Shown in pieces: positions 40,554 through 53,305 of a stretch of 64,000 bases of DNA. This DNA comes from Desulfatiglandales bacterium (GTDB lineage Bacteria; Desulfobacterota; DSM-4660; Desulfatiglandales; Desulfatiglandaceae), in assembly GCA_963662465.1 (NCBI GenBank), contig OY759599.1, positions 384,001 through 448,000 on the forward strand. The letters are read 5' to 3'. Position 1 is the stretch's first letter. The number at the start of each line of letters is the position of its first letter. The notes beneath the pieces were generated by a model. It saw only the letters and a program-made list of their open reading frames with translations, searched no databases and was not told where the DNA came from. The position numbers and the translations under genes are program-made.

Positions 40554-42050
40554 ATGAAATCATTTATTAATTTCCTTCTTGATTTAAATGTCTGGGTCAT
40601 GTTCCTGTTTTCCGTGTTGGGCGCCGTTCTTTTTTCCGTGCTGCTCGGTTTCATATTGAATGCCCTTTTCTACGATGGAACAAACAATCTATTGATGCTG
40701 GGGGCGATCGTAATACCGGCGATCGATGCGCCGGTTTTTATCATTTTGTTGATCATTCTTATTCGAGAACATCGAAAACTGCGGTCTGAACTGGATCATC
40801 GGGTGAAAGAGAGAACGCTCGAACTTGAAATTGCTTACAAACAACTAAGTCAGGAAATCAAGGAACGTAAAGAGATTGAAAAAAGACTGCTGCATGCGCA
40901 TAAAATGGAGTCCATTGGGACCCTTGCAGGTGGGATTGCCCATGATTTTAATAATATTTTATCGTCCGTGATCGGTTTTACGGAGTTATCTCTGGATGAG
41001 GTTGAAAAAGGCACTAAGTTGGAAGAAAACCTTCAGGAGGTTTATATCGCCGGTAAGCGGGCCAGAGACCTCGTAAAGCAAATCCTGACATTTGCTCGGC
41101 AGGCGGAAGAAGAGGTTAAACCGATTCAAATCAGCACCATTGCAAAAGAGGTGTTGAAGCTCCTGAGATCATCTATTCCCACAACCATTGACATCAGGGG
41201 CAATATTACAAGCAATGCCCTCATTATGGGAGATCCCATCAATATTCATCAAATATTGATGAATTTATGCACCAACGCTTCTTATGCCATGGAAAAGGGA
41301 GGTGTTCTGGAAGTGAGACTGGAGGATGTCAGCATTGATGGGAATTCAGAAATTTTTAATGGACAGAAGGTCGGTCATTACGTGAAACTGACAATTTCAG
41401 ATACAGGCTCGGGAATTCCTGAAGAAAATATCGAATCTATTTTTGAACCCTATTTCACAACCAAACCTGTTGGCGAGGGGACGGGCATGGGGCTTGCCAT
41501 GGTCCATGGCATTGTCAAAAAATATGGCGGAGGAATCCTTGTGAAAAGCGAGGTGGGCAAGGGTTCTGTTTTTTCGGTCTTTTTTCCGATCACGGAGTGT
41601 GAAGACGTATCCTTGAAATACCAGACCCGGATGCTTCCGTCTGGTTCCGAGCGCATCTTATTGGTTGATGATGAACTGCCGATTGTCAAAATGGAGTGCC
41701 AGGCTTTGGAGAGCCTGGGCTATGAGGTTTCCACACGCACCAGCAGTATTGAGGCGTTGGCGCTTTTCCATGCCAGGCCGGATGATTTTGATCTGGTAAT
41801 CACCGACATGACCATGCCGAATATGACAGGGGATGAACTGGCGTCTGAAATGATGGCCATCAGACCTGATATTCCCGTAATTCTCTGTACCGGATACAGC
41901 AAACAAATATCCCCCGAAAATATCGCCGATTTGGGTATTAAGGCATTGGCCTATAAGCCCATGATAAAGTCGGAGATGGTGGAAACCGTACGAAAAGTTT
42001 TGGACGATGCCAAGAGAATGAGCACGGAAAACTCTTTTCCTCAGGTTTGA
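40554..42050 (+). CDS. Membrane hybrid sensor histidine kinase/receiver
   Basis: AGGIAHDFNN, N/G1/F/G2 boxes, receiver LLVDD...D.TMP...KP. Confidence 0.93.
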   Translation: MKSFINFLLDLNVWVMFLFSVLGAVLFSVLLGFILNALFYDGTNNLLMLGAIVIPAIDAPVFIILLIILIREHRKLRSELDHRVKERTLELEIAYKQLSQEIKERKEIEKRLLHAHKMESIGTLAGGIAHDFNNILSSVIGFTELSLDEVEKGTKLEENLQEVYIAGKRARDLVKQILTFARQAEEEVKPIQISTIAKEVLKLLRSSIPTTIDIRGNITSNALIMGDPINIHQILMNLCTNASYAMEKGGVLEVRLEDVSIDGNSEIFNGQKVGHYVKLTISDTGSGIPEENIESIFEPYFTTKPVGEGTGMGLAMVHGIVKKYGGGILVKSEVGKGSVFSVFFPITECEDVSLKYQTRMLPSGSERILLVDDELPIVKMECQALESLGYEVSTRTSSIEALALFHARPDDFDLVITDMTMPNMTGDELASEMMAIRPDIPVILCTGYSKQISPENIADLGIKALAYKPMIKSEMVETVRKVLDDAKRMSTENSFPQV

Positions 42051-42179
42051 AGACCAATTTTCGCGCTTTTTAAAAATAATACCATTTTGTTTGCGAATAG
42101 TATATATGACAGGAAATTCTGGAATTTGTGGCACAGGCAATGTTGAGCCTGATACGATGATTGCGTTAAAAAAAACTGA

Positions 42180-44111
42180 TTGAGGCGAAAAGTGATTAAG
42201 AAAGGCGTTATGGAAAGGTGGAACCGGGAGGATTCCGCGGAGTTGTACCATATTCGAAATTGGGGGTCGGATTATTTTGACATTTCGGAAGCGGGCAATG
42301 TGATCATCCGGCCTATCCGCCATAACAAAGAGATTACCGTGGATCTCAAGGAAGTTCTCTCCGGCATCATAGACCGGGGCTACAATATGCCCGTACTCCT
42401 CCGCATTGAAAATATCCTGCACTCCCAGATCAAGGAACTGAATGACAGCTTTTGTTCCGCCATTAAAGAATACGGATACAAAGGGGATTACCGGCCTGTT
42501 TACCCTATCAAGGTCAATCAGCAGCAACAGGTGGTGGAGGCCATTACCCGGTTCGGCGCCAAATATCACCACGGGCTCGAAGCCGGCAGTAAAGCGGAAC
42601 TGATTGCGGCCCTGTCGTTTATGGATGACCCGGAAGCCTGTCTGATCTGCAACGGTTATAAGGATCGGGAGTTTATAGACCTGGGGCTGTATGCCTGTCG
42701 CATGGGGCTCAAATGCTTTTTTGTGGTTGAGATGCCCGGTGAACTGGACCTGATCCTTGAGCGGTCCAAAAAACTGGGGATTCTTCCATTGATCGGCGTC
42801 CGTATCAAGGTTTCCACCCAGGGGGGCGGTCATTGGATGGAAAGCGGCGGGGACCGAAGCATTTTCGGATTGAGCGTCACCCAGGTGCTTGAATTGGTGG
42901 AAAAACTCAAGGCTTGCGATATGCTGAACTGTCTTCAATTGCTTCACTACCATATGGGAAGCCAAATCCCCAATATTCGGGACATCCGTTCGGGGGTGAT
43001 GGAGGCTTGTCGTGTTTACGCGGGTCTGGTGAATGAAGGCGCGCCCATGCGGTATTTTGACATGGGCGGTGGCCTGGCCGTGGATTATGACGGCAGCAAC
43101 ACTAATTACATGACCAGCCGGAATTACAAGCTTGATGAATACTCCTCCGATGTGATTGAATCCATCATGAGCATCCTGGATGAAGAGCAGGTCCCCCACC
43201 CGACCATCATTACCGAAGCCGGCCGGGCCATCGTTGCCTACTATTCGGTTCTCTTGTTCAATGTTTTGGACAAGAGCCGCTTTGAGGGATATTCCTTGCC
43301 CGAAAAACTTCCTGACGAGACACACGAAACGATCCGGAATCTGTTTGATGCCTTTAAAGGGTTGAGCTTGAAGAATACTCAGGAATGTTACAACGACGCC
43401 ATATACTATCGAGACCAGATCCGCCAATTGTTCAAGGTGGGGGAAATCAATCTCAGAGCGCGATCCCTGGCTGAAAACATCTTCTGGCATCTTGTGCGGG
43501 ATATTGCCCAGAACATCACCCAACTGAAATTTGTTCCCAAGGATCTCCAGGATGTCCCCATCGCCCTTGCGGATACCTATTACGGCAATTTCAGTGTGTT
43601 TCAATCCTTGCCCGATGCCTGGGCCATTGAGCATCTTTTCCCCATCATGCCCATTCACCGGCTCAACGAAATGCCGACCTGCCTTGCGACCCTGGCTGAT
43701 ATTACCTGTGATTCCGACGGTAAAATCGACAAGTTCATCGACATTCACGGCGTTCGAAAAGCCCTTCCCCTGCACGAATTGATTTCGGGGGAAGAATATT
43801 ATCTCGGCGTCTTTCTGGTGGGCGCCTACCAGGAGACCCTGGGAGATCTTCACAATCTTTTCGGCGATACCAATGTGGTGAGTATCCGGGTTGATGAAGA
43901 CGGGCAATACAGCCTTGTGCGGGAACTGGAAGGGGATTCGGTGGCGGACGTCTTGTCCTATGTGGAATACGAACCCAAGGGTATGTTGTCGCGGTTCCTT
44001 AAATTTGCCGAGAAGGTCGTGGGTGAACGGAGAATCACAGCTCAGGAACGTCGCAAGATCGTGAAGGCCTATGAGGCGGGACTTCGGGGATATACCTATT
44101 TTGAGCGATAA
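42180..44111 (+). CDS. speA: Biosynthetic arginine decarboxylase (ATG 42210 is an alternative start)
   Basis: VYPIKVNQ, GLEAGSKAEL, HYHMGSQI, TCDSDG, GAYQE.LG. Confidence 0.95.
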   Translation: MRRKVIKKGVMERWNREDSAELYHIRNWGSDYFDISEAGNVIIRPIRHNKEITVDLKEVLSGIIDRGYNMPVLLRIENILHSQIKELNDSFCSAIKEYGYKGDYRPVYPIKVNQQQQVVEAITRFGAKYHHGLEAGSKAELIAALSFMDDPEACLICNGYKDREFIDLGLYACRMGLKCFFVVEMPGELDLILERSKKLGILPLIGVRIKVSTQGGGHWMESGGDRSIFGLSVTQVLELVEKLKACDMLNCLQLLHYHMGSQIPNIRDIRSGVMEACRVYAGLVNEGAPMRYFDMGGGLAVDYDGSNTNYMTSRNYKLDEYSSDVIESIMSILDEEQVPHPTIITEAGRAIVAYYSVLLFNVLDKSRFEGYSLPEKLPDETHETIRNLFDAFKGLSLKNTQECYNDAIYYRDQIRQLFKVGEINLRARSLAENIFWHLVRDIAQNITQLKFVPKDLQDVPIALADTYYGNFSVFQSLPDAWAIEHLFPIMPIHRLNEMPTCLATLADITCDSDGKIDKFIDIHGVRKALPLHELISGEEYYLGVFLVGAYQETLGDLHNLFGDTNVVSIRVDEDGQYSLVRELEGDSVADVLSYVEYEPKGMLSRFLKFAEKVVGERRITAQERRKIVKAYEAGLRGYTYFER

Positions 44112-44126
44112 GGAAAGGAGTGTACC

Positions 44127-45305
44127 ATGCCCAGTGTTTTGATTATCGGCGCGGGTGGTGTGGGGCAGGTGGTTGCCCACAAATGCGCCCAGGCGATTGA
44201 AGTGTTTGATCACATCTGTCTGGCCAGCAGAACCCTTGAGAAATGCGACAGGATCGCGGCACAGCTGCCTAGACCCATCCGCACGGCCAGGGTCAATGCG
44301 GACGATGTGCCGGCCCTGGCGGCGCTGATCCGCTCTGTAAAACCGGACCTGGTCCTTAATGTGGCGCTTCCCTATCAGGACCTTCACATTATGGATGCCT
44401 GTCTGGCAACCGGTGTCCATTATCTGGACACCGCCAATTATGAACCGTTGGACGAGGCCCGATTCTGTTACCAGTGGCAGTGGGATTACCATGAACGGTT
44501 TAAGGTCCGGGGTATCATGGCCCTGTTGGGAAGCGGTTTTGATCCCGGGGTGACCAACGTGTTCTGCGCCTGGGCGAAAAAGATGCATTTTGATGAAATT
44601 CATGAATTGGACATCATTGACTGCAACGCCGGGGATCATGGCCAGCCCTTTGCCACCAATTTCAACCCGGAAATCAATATTCGAGAGGTCACGGCGCCTG
44701 GGCGTTACTACGAAAACGGGAAATGGACGGAAACGAAACCGCTTTCCGTGGCAAAGGAATTTGATTTTCCAGAAGGCATCGGGCCCAAGAAAATTTACCT
44801 CATGTATCACGAGGAATTGGAATCCTTGATCCGCCACATGCCGGAAATTCAGCGGGCGCGTTTCTGGATGACCTTTTCCGACAATTACCTCAAGCACCTG
44901 GAGGTACTTCAAAATGTGGGCATGACCCGCATTGATTCCGTTGAGTATAAGGGTCGGCCGATTGTGCCCCTGAAGTTTCTAAAAGCCCTGCTGCCGGATC
45001 CGGCATCGCTGGGGCCTCTCACCCGAGGTCGTACCTGTATCGGGTGTTTCATCAAGGGTATCAAAGATGGAAAGGAAAAAAAGTACTACATCTACAATAT
45101 CTGTGACCATGAAAAGGCTTATGAGGAGGTTGGAAGCCAGGCCATCAGCTACACCACCGGTGTGCCTGCCATGATCGGGGCCATGATGATTCTGACCAAA
45201 CAGTGGCGGGGGGAAGGAGTCTTTAATATGGAAGAGTTTGACCCGGCCCCCTTTATGGAAAACCTCAACCGGTACGGCCTGCCATGGACCGAAATAATCC
45301 TCTAG
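44127..45305 (+). CDS. Carboxy(nor)spermidine dehydrogenase (saccharopine dehydrogenase family)
   Basis: IIGAGGVG, YLDTANYE, FATNFNPEINIRE, QAISYTTGVP; operon context. Confidence 0.9.
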   Translation: MPSVLIIGAGGVGQVVAHKCAQAIEVFDHICLASRTLEKCDRIAAQLPRPIRTARVNADDVPALAALIRSVKPDLVLNVALPYQDLHIMDACLATGVHYLDTANYEPLDEARFCYQWQWDYHERFKVRGIMALLGSGFDPGVTNVFCAWAKKMHFDEIHELDIIDCNAGDHGQPFATNFNPEINIREVTAPGRYYENGKWTETKPLSVAKEFDFPEGIGPKKIYLMYHEELESLIRHMPEIQRARFWMTFSDNYLKHLEVLQNVGMTRIDSVEYKGRPIVPLKFLKALLPDPASLGPLTRGRTCIGCFIKGIKDGKEKKYYIYNICDHEKAYEEVGSQAISYTTGVPAMIGAMMILTKQWRGEGVFNMEEFDPAPFMENLNRYGLPWTEIIL

Positions 45306-46441
45306 GACTGGACTTGGACCGGATTTCGACCCCCTGTTTTGTGGTGGATGTCCGGGCGCTCAAGCGGAACCTGGCCATTCTTCAGGATGTTCAGGATCGC
45401 ACCGGCTGTCGCATCCTCCTGGCGTTAAAGGGGTTTGCCATGTTCCGCGTCTTTCCCTTGCTGCGCCGGACCCTTCGGGGCGTGTGCGCCAGTTCTCCTC
45501 ACGAGGCGCGTTTGGGTCGGGAGGAATTTCAGAGGGAGGTGCATGCCTTTGCCGCCGCTTACAGCCCCGCCCATGTGGAGGACCTGTTGCGGTATTCGGA
45601 TGTGCTGGTGTTTAATTCTTTTTCTCAATGGCAGCGCTTCAGATTGATGGTTCAGAGTGCCTCCACGCCCATTCGGTGCGGCATCCGTGTGAATCCCGAG
45701 CATTCCGAAGGGAAGGTGCCCCTGTATGATCCCTGTGCCGTCGGCTCCCGCCTGGGCGTGCGCCGGGAACAGTTTGAGGGTCAAGATCTTACGGGGATCT
45801 CCGGTCTTCACTTTCACACCCTCTGCGAACACAATGCCGATGCTTTGGCACGCACGCTAACGGTATTCGAGGAGAAGTTCGGTACATTTCTCCCCGCCAT
45901 GGAATGGGTCAATTTCGGCGGCGGGCATCACATCACCCGCGCTGATTATGACGTGGCGTTGCTTTGTCGTCTGATTCGGGAATTTACCGCCCGTCACCCG
46001 CTGCGGGTCTATCTGGAGCCGGGGGAGGCGGTGGCGTTAAACGCCGGCATTCTGGCGGCTACGGTTCTGGATATCGTTCAAAATGATATGCCCATCGCTA
46101 TTCTGGATGTCAGTGTTCCCACCCACATGCCGGACGTTTTGGAAATGCCGTATCGGCCCGAGGTGGCGGGAGCCGGGAAACCGGGAGAGAAAGCGCACAC
46201 TTACCGACTGGCCGGTCTTTCCTGCCTGGCCGGGGATGTGGCCGGAGAATATTCCTTTGATCGTCCCCTGGGCGTGGGTCAAAAACTGGCTTTTCTGGAT
46301 ATGGCCCATTATTCCATGGTGAAAACCACCACCTTCAACGGTGTTGCCCTTCCTTCCATAGCTCTTTACGATAGTGAAACGGATTCTTATGAGGTGGTGA
46401 GAGAATTCGGCTATGAAGATTATCGGAGCCGTCTGTCATGA
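45284..46441 (+). CDS. nspC: Carboxynorspermidine decarboxylase
   Basis: LLALKGF, GLHFHTLCE, HMPDVLEMPYRP, CLAGD, HYSMVK..FNG. Confidence 0.93.
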   Translation: MDRNNPLGLDLDRISTPCFVVDVRALKRNLAILQDVQDRTGCRILLALKGFAMFRVFPLLRRTLRGVCASSPHEARLGREEFQREVHAFAAAYSPAHVEDLLRYSDVLVFNSFSQWQRFRLMVQSASTPIRCGIRVNPEHSEGKVPLYDPCAVGSRLGVRREQFEGQDLTGISGLHFHTLCEHNADALARTLTVFEEKFGTFLPAMEWVNFGGGHHITRADYDVALLCRLIREFTARHPLRVYLEPGEAVALNAGILAATVLDIVQNDMPIAILDVSVPTHMPDVLEMPYRPEVAGAGKPGEKAHTYRLAGLSCLAGDVAGEYSFDRPLGVGQKLAFLDMAHYSMVKTTTFNGVALPSIALYDSETDSYEVVREFGYEDYRSRLS

Positions 46442-47319
46442 TTATTCCGGTTAATATACCGTACCCATCCTTCCTGGCATCCGAGCTGGGCGAGATTGCG
46501 CCCGATCAGGCGTTGTTTCATGTGATTCCGGTCCCCTATGAAAAGACCGTCACCTATGGCATGGGCACGCGAAAGGGGCCTTCGGCCATTCTGACGGCGT
46601 CACAGCAACTGGAGTTGTTTGACGGCGTCGGTATTCCGGCGGATATGGGGATCTGCACCCGGGCGACATTGGATTGCCAAGGCGCCCCTGAAGTCGTCCT
46701 GGGAGAACTCTCGCAACAGGTGGAAGACGTTGCTTTGCAGAGAAAAATCCCCGTGATTCTGGGTGGGGAGCACACCATCACATCGGGCGCCCTGAGGGGC
46801 ATTGCGCGCGTGTTCGGTCCGGTGGGCGTGGTCCAGTTTGATGCCCACGCGGATCTTCGGGATTATTATGAGGGGTCTCCCTATAATCATGCCTGCGTCA
46901 TGCGGCGTGTGCTGGAGCAGGGACTCGATCTTTTTCAGATCGGCGTTCGGAGCCTTTCGCCGGAAGAGGTTCAATACCGGCGGGATCAAGCTGTCGGCCA
47001 TCTGGATGCCGTGGATATTGCTCGCGGAGGCATGCCGGAAATGATGCTGCCCCATGATTTCCCGGAAAACATCTATATCACCATCGATGTGGATTGCCTG
47101 GATCCTTCACTCATGCCTGCCACCGGGACGCCTGAACCCGGCGGCTTGACCTGGTATCAGATGACCGAGGCCCTTGCGGGGATCTGCGGCCGAAGACGGG
47201 TGGTCGGCTTTGACGTGGTGGAGCTGGCGCCGATTTTGGGTTTCCATGCGCCTGATTTTACCGTTGCCAGGTTAATTTATAATTTGATGGGTTTTATTTC
47301 CCGTAATTTACAGCCTTAA
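46438..47319 (+). CDS. speB: Agmatinase
   Basis: GGEH, DAHADL, DVDCLDPS..PATGTPEPGG. Confidence 0.92.
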   Translation: MIIPVNIPYPSFLASELGEIAPDQALFHVIPVPYEKTVTYGMGTRKGPSAILTASQQLELFDGVGIPADMGICTRATLDCQGAPEVVLGELSQQVEDVALQRKIPVILGGEHTITSGALRGIARVFGPVGVVQFDAHADLRDYYEGSPYNHACVMRRVLEQGLDLFQIGVRSLSPEEVQYRRDQAVGHLDAVDIARGGMPEMMLPHDFPENIYITIDVDCLDPSLMPATGTPEPGGLTWYQMTEALAGICGRRRVVGFDVVELAPILGFHAPDFTVARLIYNLMGFISRNLQP

Positions 47320-47757
47320 AAAGACCGATTTTTTTTGTCCCGCTTTTTGAAATACCCTATTTTGATTGTTTTTTAAGAACTTCCAGTTCTGGTACATGGA
47401 AAAATGGAATAAAAAATTCCGTTTCATGAATACCTATAAAAATCAAGTGATTGAGTTTGATTACCCCATTGCAGACGCTTTTTCCGCCTGTTTCTCTGAA
47501 TGTGTTGGTATTTTTTGACACCGAAAATTGTCTCAATTTAATTAACTAATATTAATCCATTGTCAATTTGCTAAACAATTTTGTCTTTGGCATACCTCTT
47601 GCTCTAGTACCCGTGTTTAGGAAATACGACATTCCAAGTTTTGCCGGCAATCCGTCTTTAAATTTTTCGGCCTCCTTGATGTCGGATACCGGTGACCGGC
47701 GACAAAAATATTTTGAAACGGTGGTATTTGACAACCACGTAAGGAAAGGAGCAATTT

Positions 47758-48096
47758 ATGGATTTTGATGATAATGCTTCGGAAGTAACAATTTCAGGTC
47801 TGCTCACGGCTACGGAGTGGAGTGATGACGACGATATTACGGATCTTGAAATCTCAGTTGATGACGACAGCTATTATGTGGAAAAAAACGCCGTGTGGTA
47901 TGAACTCGTTGATTTATGGGACACTCACGTGGAAGCCACCGGTATTGTTACGGAGGAAAGGGATGGCTCCAAACGGATTCTGGTTACCAGTTATGAACCG
48001 TTGGACGATGTGATTTTTGACGACGAGGAGATTGAATATGACGATGTGTACGATGAATTGAGTTTCGAAAATGATGGTGATGAAGCTAGAATGTAA
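47758..48096 (+). CDS. Acidic hypothetical protein
   Basis: AAGGAG RBS; resembles 48379-48675 (G.L...EW...). Confidence 0.65.
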   Translation: MDFDDNASEVTISGLLTATEWSDDDDITDLEISVDDDSYYVEKNAVWYELVDLWDTHVEATGIVTEERDGSKRILVTSYEPLDDVIFDDEEIEYDDVYDELSFENDGDEARM

Positions 48097-48127
48097 TTAG
48101 ATGAATTTACAGATTGGAGTCGATACA

Positions 48128-48346
48128 ATGCGGGATCAGATTATTTATTGCATCCAGTGTGATAATCCTTTTACGTTTACCGTGGCTGAACAGAATCGCT
48201 TGAATGCGCAGGGGTTTGATGCGCCAAAAAGGTGTCCGGAGTGTCGAAAACGCAAACAGAAGTCGAGTACTGCTGAAAAAAAGAAAAGGAAACGAAGCCG
48301 GGAAAACCGTGAACCCTGGGAAATCATGGAAGAAGATCTGGACTGA
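48128..48346 (+). CDS. Zinc-ribbon protein
   Basis: CIQC..F.FT..EQ....GF..PKRCPECR. Confidence 0.75.
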   Translation: MRDQIIYCIQCDNPFTFTVAEQNRLNAQGFDAPKRCPECRKRKQKSSTAEKKKRKRSRENREPWEIMEEDLD

Positions 48347-48378
48347 CGTCTGACATCTGCGCATGACATCAGGCAGCG

Positions 48379-48675
48379 ATGCCGTTAAACGGAAAAAACG
48401 CATGGGAATGGAAAATGCCACTGTATCCTTCAGATAGTCAAAAGGTGACCGCTAAAGGAATTTTGCTGCCATCGGAATGGGATGAAAACGGAGATGCGAT
48501 TGCGCTTACGTTATTTACCCATGATGAAGATGAATACAGGGTGGAAGGAGATAAAATATTGCCACAGCTGTTTGATGCCTTGCGTCAGGAACTCCTGGTG
48601 GAAGGGCATTTTCGATGGGAACGGGGAAGGAAAATCATTCGAATAACAGGATATCGTCGCTCAGATACTTTGTAG
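48379..48675 (+). CDS. Hypothetical protein
   Basis: GILLPSEWDENG...THDEDEY; start uncertain. Confidence 0.6.
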   Translation: MPLNGKNAWEWKMPLYPSDSQKVTAKGILLPSEWDENGDAIALTLFTHDEDEYRVEGDKILPQLFDALRQELLVEGHFRWERGRKIIRITGYRRSDTL

Positions 48676-48716
48676 ACGGGTCCTTCCGGCGATATGCTCT
48701 ATAACGGAGTCAAGGT

Positions 48717-49817
48717 ATGGCAGCAACCCTCTTAAATCATGCAAAGTCCAGCCTCAGCCTCCTGGATGGGGCTGCCGCACAAGCGCCGATTATTGCGGCG
48801 GAACTGCAGATGCAAAAGCGTCTGGCAGCCGATGTCGATCAATCTCTGGAAACAAGACTTGAGGCCTACGAGGATATTATGGAATCGGAAGTGGGGGACA
48901 CGAGCCTCACAAGATCCCGAAATATTGAGCGTGATGTGGGCCTGCGTCAGATTTATTTAAAATTCGAAGGGGGCAATCCCACCGGCGCACAGAAAGACCG
49001 TATTGCTTTTGCTCAGGCCATGGACGCCCTCAGACGCGGATTTGACGCCATATGCGTTGCCACTTGCGGTAATTACGGCGCTGCCATGGCCATTGCTTCG
49101 TCCATGGCGGGACTGCGATGTATCGCGTATATCCCCGAAGGATATCACACGCGGCGAATCGGTGAAATGACGAATTTCGGCGCGGAGATTGTGCGTGTTC
49201 CCGGCAATTATGAAGATGCGGTGACGGCATCCCGGGCAAGGGCTTACGCCGATGAGATTTATGATGCCAATCCCGGGGGCGCCAATACGGCCATTCAACT
49301 GAAAGCGTACGGAGAGATCGCCTATGAAATTTACGATGAACTGCGGGACGCTCCCGCCGTGGTGGCGGTTCCCGTATCCAACGGCACCACGCTTGCCGGT
49401 ATTTACAGAGGATTTCTAAGTCTTTACCGGCGTGGGAAGACTTCTCGAATTCCCCGTATGGTGGCGGGCTCTTCCCATAATAAGAACCCGATTATTCGGG
49501 CCTATATGAAAAATTTGCTTAACTGTGAAGATCTGTTGCCGTATCGGATTCGGGAAACCCCCATCAACGAACCCCTCATCAACTGGCATGCCATTGATGG
49601 GGATCATGCCCTTGAGGCCATCCGCAATACTGACGGTTGGGCATCCAATGCCAGCGATCGAAATATGACGACCTATGCGCGAATGATTCGGGAAAAGGAA
49701 GGACTCAATACGCTTCCGGCCTCTACGGCGGGGCTGATTGCGTTACTTTCAAAACACCAAAAAACGCCGCTGCCGGGAGATCGGTATGTGGTCATCCTCA
49801 CCGGGAGAAACCAATGA
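48717..49817 (+). CDS. PLP-dependent threonine-synthase-like enzyme
   Basis: LKFEGGNPTGAQKDR, TCGNYG, VPVSNGT, ILTG. Confidence 0.85.
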   Translation: MAATLLNHAKSSLSLLDGAAAQAPIIAAELQMQKRLAADVDQSLETRLEAYEDIMESEVGDTSLTRSRNIERDVGLRQIYLKFEGGNPTGAQKDRIAFAQAMDALRRGFDAICVATCGNYGAAMAIASSMAGLRCIAYIPEGYHTRRIGEMTNFGAEIVRVPGNYEDAVTASRARAYADEIYDANPGGANTAIQLKAYGEIAYEIYDELRDAPAVVAVPVSNGTTLAGIYRGFLSLYRRGKTSRIPRMVAGSSHNKNPIIRAYMKNLLNCEDLLPYRIRETPINEPLINWHAIDGDHALEAIRNTDGWASNASDRNMTTYARMIREKEGLNTLPASTAGLIALLSKHQKTPLPGDRYVVILTGRNQ

Positions 49818-50890
49818 AAAAGAGCTTCGATGGAAATGCCATCGTCTATTGTGAAGGCGCCTTTGGAACGACTAATGGAAAAACCGCCCACGGTCTGGTA
49901 CGACGATCCGGCCGTTACCGCATCCTTTCGGTGGTGGATTCTCATCATGGGGATGGGGATGCGGGTCTTGTTCTGGACGGCAAAAGGAACCATATTCCCA
50001 TTCACAAAAGCGTTATGGATGCCATTGGGGCTTTCAGCAACAGTGCTCGTCCCGCCACCCACCTGGTCGTGGGACTGGCCCCGGACGGAGGCCGTTTTCC
50101 CCCATACGTCCGGAAGGATGTGCTTTCAGCCCTGGAACAGGGTCTGAATGTGGATTCCGGCCTTCATGATTTTCTCTCCGAAGATGCGGAGATGAGCGCC
50201 ATGGCGGAAAAAAAAGGCGTCCGGATCAGGGATATTCGACGACCGCCCGAAAGAAAGAATCTCCATTTTTTCAGCGGGAAGATCGAAGAGGTATCCTGTC
50301 TGAATGTGGCGGTTCTGGGAACCGATTCGGCTATTGGAAAACGGACCACAGCCTGGATCCTGGCCGACGCCATGCAGGAGGCGGGATATGCCGCGGAAAT
50401 GATCGGAACCGGTCAGACGGCCTGGATGCAGGGGGTGCGATACGGCATCATTCTGGATTCCCTCATTAACGATTTCGTATCCGGGGAAATCGAGCATGCC
50501 GTATGGCGGGCGTGGCGGGAAGTACGCCCCAAGGTGATGATTCTGGAAGGGCAGGGGAGCCTCATGAATCCGGCCTATCCGGGCGGATTTGAAATCCTTG
50601 CGGCCGGACGGCCGGATATGGTGGTGCTTCAGCATGCGCCGGGCAGACGGGAGTATGACGGATTTCCCGGTTATCCCCTCCATCCCCTGGAGAAACAGAT
50701 CCAGGCCATTGAATTGCTGTCGGATAAACCGGTGGTGGCCATAACGGTGAACCACGAGGGCTTGAAACCTGGGGATATCCCCGGCATCTGCCATGACATA
50801 ACCCGTCATACGGGAATTCCCGCCTTTGATGTGCTTCAGGATGGCGCCGGGGAACTGGTGCAAATTTTGGAACCTCATATTAAATCGTAA
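49814..50890 (+). CDS. DUF1611 protein (DgcN-like)
   Basis: KTAHGLVR, SGLH, GTDSAIGKRTT, TGQT, EGQGSL; ATG overlaps upstream stop. Confidence 0.88.
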   Translation: MKKSFDGNAIVYCEGAFGTTNGKTAHGLVRRSGRYRILSVVDSHHGDGDAGLVLDGKRNHIPIHKSVMDAIGAFSNSARPATHLVVGLAPDGGRFPPYVRKDVLSALEQGLNVDSGLHDFLSEDAEMSAMAEKKGVRIRDIRRPPERKNLHFFSGKIEEVSCLNVAVLGTDSAIGKRTTAWILADAMQEAGYAAEMIGTGQTAWMQGVRYGIILDSLINDFVSGEIEHAVWRAWREVRPKVMILEGQGSLMNPAYPGGFEILAAGRPDMVVLQHAPGRREYDGFPGYPLHPLEKQIQAIELLSDKPVVAITVNHEGLKPGDIPGICHDITRHTGIPAFDVLQDGAGELVQILEPHIKS

Positions 50891-50902
50891 GGAACGAGGG
50901 AC

Positions 50903-53299
<2,397 letters not shown>

Positions 53300-53305
53300 C
53301 GTTCC

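Noticed and set aside
41658..44912. 1084-aa minus-strand ORF
   Set aside because: Antisense shadow of speA/CASDH/kinase; no recognisable motifs
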